From positions 31,992,001-32,056,000 of the forward strand of contig NC_058372.1 of the NCBI RefSeq assembly GCF_018350175.1: 64,000 bases of DNA, read 5' to 3'. The position numbers and the translations under genes are program-made. Below are positions 54,201-64,000 of the stretch, piece by piece (within the stretch, counting starts at the first letter, position 1; the number at the start of each line of letters is the position of its first letter). The notes under the pieces were generated by a model, which was not told the DNA's origin, ran no database searches, and saw only the letters and a program-made list of their open reading frames with translations. The stretch is from Felis catus. Lineage: Eukaryota.

Positions 54201-57200
54201 AGCACAGAGCCCGATGTGGGGCTCAAACTCACAAACCGTGAGATCATGACCTGAGCTGAAGTTGGACGCTTAACCAACTGAGCCACTCAGGTGCCCTTAA
54301 CATTCTTTTCTTTTTTTTTTCCTTAAGTTTTTTTTAATGTTTATTTATTTTTGAGAGAGAGAGAGAGAGAGAGAGCACGAGCATGAGTGGTGGAGGGGCA
54401 GAGAGAGAGGGAGACACAGATCCAAGGCAGGCTCCAGGTTCTGAGCTGTCAGCACAGAGTCCGACATGGGGTTTGAACTCACGAACTGTGAGATTTATGA
54501 CCTGAGCCGAAGTTGGACACTTAACCAACCAAGCCACCCAGAAGCCTCTGGCAAGGTTTAACATTCTAAAGTCTACAAATGTCATAAACCATAAAACTGA
54601 TAAAGAAGAAAAACCATGTAATTACCTCAACCACTGCAGAAAAAGCATACGTTCTTGATTAAAAATTCAACACCCATTCATGCTTTTAATAAACAGTAAC
54701 TTCTGGCCTACTGTAAATTAAACACCAAAGTGTTGGTGAGGATGTAGAGAAAAATGAACCCTCGTGCACTNNNNNNNNNNNNNNNNNNNNNNNNNNNNNN
54801 NNNNNNNNNNNNNNNNNNNNNNNNNNNNNNNNNNNNNNNNNNNNNNNNNNNNNNNNNNNNNNNNNNNNNNNNNNNNNNNNNNNNNNNNNNNNNNNNNNNN
54901 NNNNNNTTGAAAAGATAATATGCACCCCTATATTTATCGCAGCCTTATTTACAACAGCCAAGATATGGAAATAACCAAAGTGTCCATCAACAGATGAAAG
55001 GACAAGGAATATACAATGGAATATCAGCCATAAAAACAAATGAAATCCTGCCATTTGCAATAACATGGAAGGACCCTGAATGTATAATGCTAGCTGAAAT
55101 AAGTCAGTCAGAAAAAGGCAAATACCATATGTGATTTCACACATATGTGGAACTTAAGAAACAAAACAAAGTCAAAAAAAGAGACAAACCAAAAAGTAGA
55201 CTCTTAGACACAGAGAACAAACGTGGTTGCCAGAGGGATGGAGAGTAGGGGGAAGGGTGAAATAGATTAAGGAAGTTCAAAGTACACTTATCTTGATGAG
55301 CACTGAGACATGTATTGAATCGTTATATTGTACACCTGAAACTAATATAACACTGTATGTTAGTTATGCTTGAATTTTTAAAAATGAAGTAATTATTGAT
55401 AGGTAATGAAAAACTAGTAATGATAATAACTCTTGGCATGCTAGGGATTGAAAGGAATTTTCTCAACCTGAGAAAGGGTAACTATAAAAAGCCTACAGCA
55501 ATGTTACCCTTAATGGGGAAATGATGAAAACATTCCTTTTAAAACTAAGAAAAGATAAGGGTTCTCACTGTCATCACTTCTACTCAACTATTCAGCTTTG
55601 TGTGGAGGTACTAGCCAGTACAGGAGGAGAATAAAGACATAAGAAATTAAAGATTTAAGGATTAGGAAGGAATAACTAAAACTGTCATATCTACATAGAA
55701 ACACGCACACACTACCTCCAGAAATGTTTAGAAATAAAAAGTTAAGGAGGTGGCTTTGTATATGGTTGATACACAAAAATCAATAGCATTTCTTTTTTGT
55801 TTAAATACATTTTTAAGTTTATTTATTTATTTGTCTATTTATTTAGAGAGAGAGCATGTGCACGTGAGCAAGGGAGGGACAGAGTGAGAGAGAGCATCCC
55901 AAACAGGCTCCACACTGTCAGCACAGAGCTCCATGTGAGGCTCCAGCCCACAAACCAGGAGATCACGTGAGCCGAAATCAAGAGTCAGACACTTGGGGCA
56001 CCTGGGTGGCTCAGTCGGTTAAGCGTCTGACTTCGGCTCAAGTCATGATCTGGAGGTTCGTGAGATCCAGCCCTGCGTCGGGCTCTGTGCTGACAGCTGA
56101 AAGCCTGGAGCCTGCTTTGGATTCTGTGTCTCCCTCTCTCTCTGCCTCTCCCCTGCTCGTGCTCTGTCTCTCAAAAATAAATAAACATTAAAAAAAAGAG
56201 TGTGACACTTACCCAACTGAGCCACCCAGGCACCCTCAAGAGCATTTCTACACGGCAATTCAAACAACAAGAAAATTTCTTTTAAAAATGATAATATTTA
56301 AGTAACAAGTTTATTTAAAAGGCAAATTCTAAAAGAATAGATCAGGAAGTCTGAACAATTTGAAAGGAAAAAAGTTAGCAATTATTCCTAGTACTCCTAG
56401 TAATTATTCCTGAATGTGGGTTTATTCCTAATAGGAATAACTACAGTAACAACTCCCAGTACACTAGGGATTGAAAGGAATTTTCTTCAACGTTTATTTA
56501 TTTTTGGGACAGAGAGAGACAGAGCATGAACGGGGGAGGAGCAGAGAGAGAGGGAGACACAGAATCGGAAACAGGCTCCAGGCTCTGAGCCATCAGCCCA
56601 GAGCCTGACGCGGGGCTCGAACTCACGGACTGCGAGATCGTGACCTGGCTGAAGTCGGACGCTTAACCGACTGCGCCACCCAGGCGCCCCGAAAGGAATT
56701 TTCTTAACCTGATAAAGGGCATTTACAAAAACACAGCAGCATTATTCCTAATGGGAAAGTGATGAAAGCATTCCTTTTAAAATCAGGAACAGGACAGGGG
56801 TTCTCACTATTGCACACTATTCAATTGTTCAACATTGTCAGAGAGGTCCTAGCCAGAACAGTAAAAGATCAAAGATGTAAGAAATTAAACACAGAGAATT
56901 AGGATTTATTTACTCCTAGTAGGATGAAATCTATATATTACACCTACCTAGGAATAACTGACAAAAGATCTGCAATGTCTTTGTGTTGAAAATTATAAAA
57001 GGTTATGAAAGGACATTAAAGACAGGGCGCCTGGGTGGCTCAGTTGGTTGAGCGTCCAACTCTTGATTTCGGTGCAGGTCATGGTCTCACAGTTTGTGAG
57101 ATCAAGCCCTGCAATGGGCTCTGCACTAGCAGCTTGGAGCCAGCTTGGAATTCTCTCTCTCCTTTCTCTCTGCCCCTCCCTTGCTTTCTGTCTCTCTCTG

Positions 57201-60200
57201 TCTCTCAAAATAAATAAACACTAAAAACAAAAAGTTAAAAAAAAAAAAGACATTAAAGAATATCCTGAAAAATGGGGAGCCCATGTTCATGGATGAGACG
57301 TTTCAATACCATAACTATCAATTCTTCCAAACTGATTCAAATTGATCAGTGCAATTCCAATCAAAATCCTTAACGGACTTTTTTAAATGTCAAAATTTAC
57401 AAGCTGACTGTAAAATTTATATGAAAAATCAAGAGGTCAACACTACTCAACATACTCCTAAAAAAGGTAGAATTTGTGTAATAATATAGCATAATATTTG
57501 CATAATCATAGAGCATGTTTGCATCGTTATAAAGCACAATTAAAACTGCATTGCAGGTTAGACAAATTGATCAGTGGAATAGAATAGACAGGCAAGGGGT
57601 GCCTGGATGGCACAAGTCAGTTAAGCGGCAGACTCTTGATTTGGGCTCAGGTCATGATCTCGTGATTTGTGAGATCAAGCCCCGTGCTGGGCTCTGTGCT
57701 GACAGTGCAGAGCCTGCTTGGGATTCTCTCTCTGCCCCTTCTCTGCTTTCTCTCTCTCAAAATAAAAAAAAAAAAAAAAACATAAAAAAAAAAAAAAGAA
57801 CAGAGACAAAGACACATTTTGCTATCTGACAGAAGCACACTGTGTATGGAGAAAGAAAGGGATTTTCTATAGTTCTGGTTCCATCATTTTCTATACATAA
57901 AATATTAAATTAGATTCCTACCTCACATCATACACAAAATCAATTCCAGGTAAATTTAGGGCTTAAATGTAAAAACCAAAATTCTACATTAACAGGAAAA
58001 TGTAGTATAATATTTTTCTGACCCTGGGATAATGTAAGATTTCTTTTTTTTTTTTTTTTTTTCAAATTTTTTTTCAACGTTTTTTATTTATTTTTGGGAC
58101 AGAGAGAGACAGAGCATGAACGGGGGAGGGGCAGAGAGAGAGGGAGACACAGAATCGGAAACAGGCTCCAGTCTCTGAGCCATCAGCCCAGAGCCTGACG
58201 CGGGGCTCGAACTCACAGACCGCGAGATCGTGACCTGGCTGAAGTCGGACGCTTAACCGACTGTGCCACCCAGGCGCCCCTCTTTTTTTTTTTTTTTTTT
58301 TTTTTTAAGTAGACTTCACACCCAGCACAGAGCCCAGTGTGGGGCTTGACTCATGACCCCAAGATCAAGACCTGAGCTGAGATCAAGAGTTGGACGCTTA
58401 AACGACTGAGCCACCCAGGCGCCCCAACATTTCTAACAAGACAGAAAAATAAAGATCAGTAAAGTCAATCATATTAAAATTAAGATTAATTTTAAGACAA
58501 TTAAGACAATTAAGATGGACAATTAAGATGTCCATCTTAAGACAACATAAAAAAAAATAAAAAGGTAAAACACCGAAAAATATCTACAAACTATATGATC
58601 AAAACATTGGTTTCATAAATAAAATTAATACAAAAAAAAACTTTTATAAATCGAAAAATACACAGGGGCTCCTGGGTGGCTCAGAGTCAGGTTGTGAGTT
58701 TGAGCCCCACACTGGGTGTAGAGCCAACTTCAAAAAAGAAAATAAATAAAAAACAAAAACTTTAGGGGAGCCTGGGTGGCTCAGTCAGTTAAGCGTCTGA
58801 CTTCGGCTCAGGTCATGATCTCGCAGTTTGTGAGTTCAAGCCCCGCGTCGGGCTCTGTGCTGACAGCTCAGAGCCTGGAGCCTGTTTCAGATTCTGTGTC
58901 TCCCTCTCTCTCTCTGACCCTCCCCCATTCATGCTGTCTCTGTCTCAAAAAATAAATAAACGTTAAAAAAATTAAAAAAAAAAAAAAAAAAACTTTAAAA
59001 AAACAAAACTAAATAATTATTGCCTTACCATACATATATATATGTGTGTGTATGTGTATATACGTATATATATATATTTTTTTTTCTTTCTGTTATGTAT
59101 TTTTAATTTTTTTTTTCCAATGTTTATTTATTTTTGGGACAGAGAGAGACAGAGCATGAACGGGGGAGGGGCAGAGAGCGAGGGAGACACAGAGTCGGAA
59201 ACAGGCTGCAGGCTCTGAGCCATCAGCCCAGAGCCTGACGTGGGGCTCGAACTCACGGACCGCAAGATCGTGACCTGGTTGAAGTCCGACGCTTAACCGA
59301 CTGCGCCACCCAGGCGCCCCTGTTACGTATTTTTAAAAGCAAAAACATGGTAAACACAACATATAGGTCAAGGGGAGACTGTGAGAAGTGAGGAAATGGA
59401 GTGAGGAAGAATTCAGTGTTTGATGCTGGTTATTGCCAAGGCACGTAGTGGCTTCAGGAGCACGTATATTATAAAAAAAAAATACAAAAGAAAATAAAGC
59501 TGACCAATAGTTGCAAGTCTGTGTACCTAAAATACTTTAACTGCCACATCCTACACACACACACACACACACACACAGAACTGAAAACAGCACACAAGAC
59601 CATCCTTTCTTCTTCCCCACACCCCTACCTGCGTCCGAGCATTGAGCAGCTGCTGGAAACTCTCAACCTCTTTGCTGTCATCTGCAGCCCGCTCCTAAGG
59701 GACGACAAAGGGAAATCTCAAGTGTGGGGAGAAGCAGCCCTTCACTTCAGGATATCCCCTTCCTTCCTCATTTACTGTACTTGGCCAGGCACTGTGCCAG
59801 ACGCCAAGAATAAAACATGGAACAAAACCAACATCATGTCTGTCCTCAGGGAGCTAACAGAGCAGTGGGGGAAGCCAAACTCTCCGGGTGGGGAGGAAGG
59901 GAGAAGCAGTGTCTGTACCATCAGCACACCCAGCATCATGTCGTAGTTGTTGATCAGGAACACCAGCTGCTCCTTCCTTGAGGAGAACTCAGCTGCCACT
60001 CGGAGGACAAAATTCTCCACTTCCACCTGGAAAAGTCAGAAGAAGGAGGTGACACAAGTGGAGGCAAGGGCGCACGGCCCTCCTCACACTCAGGTGGCTG
60101 CGGCAGCTGGGCTGCTGGGAAGGCTGTCCTGCCCGCCCTCACCTGTAGCTGTCCCAGCAGCTGCATCGTCCGCTCGTTGGGAATTGTCTGATTGATGCTG

Positions 60201-63200
60201 ACAAGAGCAGAGGAGAATTCTGCATATCGGCGTGTGATCTTGGGGAGACAAAGTAGGAAGAAAATTCACACCAACCCCCTGCCCCTGGGAGCTGGCCAAT
60301 TAACCTTTATGACTCCTACTTCCCATCCCTCTAACCAACAGTGCCCAGCTCACCCTGAGTTCACGCGCACTCCTACACTGCCCCCTCACACAGTGTGCCC
60401 AAATATCCAGCCAGGCCCACAACACAACTGGACACCTGGCCAACCCCACAGTGAAGCTAAGAGCCCTGCCTTTCAGAACCCCTTTGTTACCCTTGTCCTG
60501 TCTTACATAGTGGGGCCGAGTATCCAGCCCCCCAAGGCGCTGAGGGTCAGTGCTTCGGACACTCTGGACGTTCATCTCCAGGATCAGCTCAAACCGTGGC
60601 CAGAGCAAGGCAAGCACCTGCTCCCAGTACCTGCAGGCTTAATCAGAATCAGAGATCAGCTGGCAAGAAACAGGGGGGTCGTGAGGAGCAGTGGGTCATG
60701 TATGGAATTGTTGAATGACCATATTGTGCACCTGACACTAACAGAATGCTATATGTTAGCTAACTGGAATTAAAATAAAAACTTAAGAAGTCAGTAAGAA
60801 ATGGGGGGGGGGGGGGGGGGGAGGCAGGGGAAGAGTTTCTGTGGGGGGGAACCCAATTAACAGCTGATGGCTGGTGGAAGCAGGACTGGTATGAAAGGTG
60901 AATCAGAAAGCAGTACTATCTCCAGGCAGATGAATGGGAGTAAGAATCAGGTATCAGGTCAGTAGCAGTCCAAAGGTCAGGGCAGGGTCATGTAAGACTA
61001 TGGGTTCAAGGGCAGTGGGCATCAAGGACCAGAACTCAGTGACCTGTCCAGGGCAGGAACATCCCTCTTCGCTGCAATGTTGCGGAATCGGAGAACAATG
61101 TGGATACAGAGAAAAACAGCAATGGCATCGTAGCAGTCAGTGAGATAGGACTCCAGGTGTTTCTATGATTCAGGAACAAACAGAAGATTGGAAAAGAATG
61201 TTACTGTGTCATTCCCAGCGGCTATGGACAAACGCATGTGCTCCTATGGGGAGGTGGCACTGGAAGGGAGGGAGAGGTGTGATCTCTCAGGAAATGCTCC
61301 CTCCTTCCCCGTCCACTGGCCACTCACATGGTCCTGCTGCCTTGCCCATCAGGATCTATGATCACAAGCCCATCACAGCAGAATTCAGGGCTGAGCACTA
61401 TTTCGGGGGCCCCTCTGTTTTCAGATGTTACTGCCTGAATGTGGGTCAGTAGTAGGGGTAACCTCAGGACCCCAAGCTTTGAGGGTTTCATATACTCTGC
61501 GAGTACGAGGTATAGACATTTTAGAATAAGGAAATCCTGGTTTCAGTAACACCACAGCTAGGACTCCACTAAGGTGTTAAAGAGGACTGAGGACAAAGAG
61601 GTCTAAGGGCACAGGAGCTGGGGATCTCACCAGGGTCATGCTGAGTGTACGGCCCATGACAGCATTGAAGAGCTCGTGCGCAGCTGAGCCAGACACAACA
61701 AAGAATTCACAGATGAAAAGATATTCACGGCAGGAATTGTCTAGGAGGGCATAGTGCTGGCTGCGGAAGAGGGCCTCGAAGGGATACTAGGATGGGAGGG
61801 GTAAAGAAGAGAAACAGAAGGGATGGATCCCAACACTGACTCCCCAGAGACAGAGCTGGAAAACCATTGAGTCTGGGTAATGAGAGCTCAGGAGGCCTTT
61901 CCCATCTGACCCAAGTGCAGACTGAGAAAGAGCAACCTGAATGTGTACTGAAAGGAGGAGGGGGGACAAGGGGCACAAGAGAAGAACCTACCCCCACCTG
62001 CCGTTTTTATGCGTGCATTCACCTCCACAACCTGCCTCATGACATGTCACGCCCCTCAGACAGTCTCTCCCTCTATATGCCCCAAAGTCAACAGTCTTAA
62101 CCCTCCTCACATCACAGAACGCTCGGGTGACCTGAGAAGGCCACTCCCAGTTCTAAGGAAATTGATACAGGGACCTACAGCATGGGTGGCTTTGCCCAGT
62201 CTGGCCTCCCCCACCCAAGGCTCAGCGTCCCCTCGTGACAGACTCTTGTTCCTTCTCCTACCCTCTGTTCTCCCCGCTGTGCAGTGTGGGGCACCAGGAT
62301 GGGGGCCTCCAGTTCAGTGGGGGAGATGACAGAGCCACGAGTCCCCAGGGTGAAGATGGTGTTCCTGCTGCGGAGGGAAGGCTTCGAGAAGAATCGTGAA
62401 GGGTCAGGGAAAATAATAAGATCACAACTGTGACAGACTCAGAGACCCAGTGCCTTCAGGGACTGGAGGCAGCTAGACACAGCCTAGATGTCCTTCCTTC
62501 CCAGTACCAGGACCTCACTCTACCTGATACTTGTGAATAGGCTTCAGAGAGCTTCTATCCTCCCTGATACCATATGCAAAACCATGTGTCAAAATGATGT
62601 GTGCCTTTTTCTGGGGAGGAAGGCCACAGCCTTCATCACATTCTCAAAGGTTTTGGTTACAAAGAAAAAGGCAAGAAGCAATGCCTTTGAGGCTGAGCTG
62701 GAAGTACCCTCCCTGTCAAGGGCTAGTATGTGGGTTTCTCAGGTCTAGGATATCTTTCTTTGCTGTGTCTTCCACGCCCATTAGATCATCCTTCTCAGCC
62801 ACTTCCTCGTACTAGAAAAAAGAGAAAAGAGAACTGATAACCATCTCTTCCTATAGTGATAAAAAATTTTTGTCTACTGTCCAGCCTTGCCCAGAGGTGG
62901 TCCCTCTTCCCAGCCCACGTTCCTAGGAATGCCTCTCTCCCTGGCCTCACCTGCACTTTCATGAGCCGCCCCAGGTAAGAGCGATAATAAGACAGGTAGA
63001 TCTTGCTCAGTGTTTCCACATATTCATCCCTGATCTCCTTTGCTGTTGCTCGTTCATTGCCCAGTAGAAACTGATAGAAGAACCTGGAGGGGCCAGGGAT
63101 GAGTCAGTATCCCTGCCTCCCCAAGAAAGCAGACACTACAATGGGCTGCTCAATACTTCAGAGGCCATCCTGAGCCCTTCCTTCAGGTGGTGACCTGTAT

Positions 63201-63734
63201 TTCAGCAGTGCCGTCTGGGGGATCTGATAGTTGGTCATTGGTTTTCTGAAGGAATAAATCTTCTGCAGGATGAATTCTCGGATCTTCGTCACTGCCTAGA
63301 CACGGGGAACCAAACACAGGGCATGAAGCTGCAACCTTATTACTGTTCAGGAAGTGGTGGGGGAAGTACCAAATGTTAAATACTGGAGGATGAAGGGTAG
63401 AGAATACCTCTTCAGTATTTCTTTAAATTTTCAGGGGAAGCCAGAGACGTGAGGATGAGGTCTGCCAGGTAAAGGTAGGGTGAAGTTTTGGGGAAAAGCT
63501 ACAATGAGCGCTGCCAGGGAAATCTAAGTTGAAGGTGTCAGGAAGAGTATTATCATCTCTGGGCTATCATCCCCATCTCTCACCTTGACCCGGAGCCGGT
63601 CGAGTATGCCTCTGACATCTGCACAGGCCGCTGTGCCTCTAGCCTCCTGCTCTCGGACTGCAGCTGCCTTGGCATCCAGTTCCTGTAGCTGTTCCAGGAA
63701 CCTGGGCTCTGTCACTGGGGCCTCCAGAATTGCC
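51283..63734 (-). CDS. VPS52: VPS52 subunit of GARP/EARP, last 14 exons (7-20 by human numbering; gene continues off the right edge)
   Basis: Exons 63584-63734, 63195-63295, 62951-63083, 62754-62811, 62262-62395, 61631-61786, 61044-61162, 60507-60630, 60143-60238, 59919-60026, 59629-59694, 51940-52051, 51617-51735, 51283-51429 (...NIHHLMVELKKHKPNF*). Phases continuous; one AT-AC intron (62396-62753); minus-strand AATAAA at 50577-50582. Confidence 0.97.
52510..59320. mobile_element. SINE/L1-dense VPS52 intron (52052-59628)
   Basis: CanSINEs at 52510-52735 (+), 53037-53260 (-; TSD CCGATTCTAAACTTTT), 54082-54296 (-), 54310-54549 (-), 55810-56236 (-) containing 55995-56197 (+), 56488-56690 (-; TSD GAAAGGAATTTTCTT), 57024-57250 (+), 57596-57800 (+), 58045-58425 (- pair), 58765-58990 (+) and 59107-59320 (-). 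An L1 3' fragment lies at 54730-55380, with older L1 pieces in between. Confidence 0.9.
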
Positions 63735-64000
63735 CTGGGTAGCAGGGATGGGTGGAAGGGGTTAGGAGGGAGACCCAGACATTCCTAGATCCCAAACCGT
63801 ATCCCTTATATCCACCGTCTCCTCTCCCTTCTCACACTGTATCACGTAGTCAGGATACATGCACAAAGTTCCTGGAACCTCTCCCCCTGCTCCCATGCCC
63901 ATAAGCCTTGAAACTGCTCACTACATGCCTGACCCTGGATGATTCCTAATCTTGGATGCCTAACGCATGCATCAAGATTGAAAGGGCTGTCAACCCACCC

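Overview
Mammalian (carnivoran, most likely cat-family, judged from its SINEs) genomic DNA from the extended MHC class II region, with 8 short N gaps. Gene order: COL11A2 (-, exons 1-5), RXRB (-, four exons partly or wholly in gaps), SLC39A7 (+, complete, 469 aa), HSD17B8 (+, complete, 259 aa), MIR219-1 (+), RING1 (+, complete, 406 aa), a ~25 kb repeat-rich interval, then VPS52 (-, last 14 exons). Exon boundaries were traced by hand and the reading phase is consistent throughout. Best second-look items: (1) an apparent fossil KRAB zinc-finger gene just downstream of RING1, consisting of an orphan CpG promoter with two inverted ACTACAnnTCCC (ZNF143/THAP11-type) motifs followed by KRAB-A-like and KRAB-B-like exon remnants in correct order and phase; (2) a perfect 25-nt 3'-truncated U6 snRNA retrocopy with a 15-17 bp target-site duplication that duplicates a CTCF-like motif; (3) a U12-type AT-AC intron in VPS52; (4) an HTATSF1 processed pseudogene; (5) a strong-context uORF in RING1; (6) four paired SOX motifs around COL11A2; (7) a second orphan promoter antisense to VPS52. 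I found no convincing new functional protein-coding system. Family names and human comparisons are from recall, not database searches.
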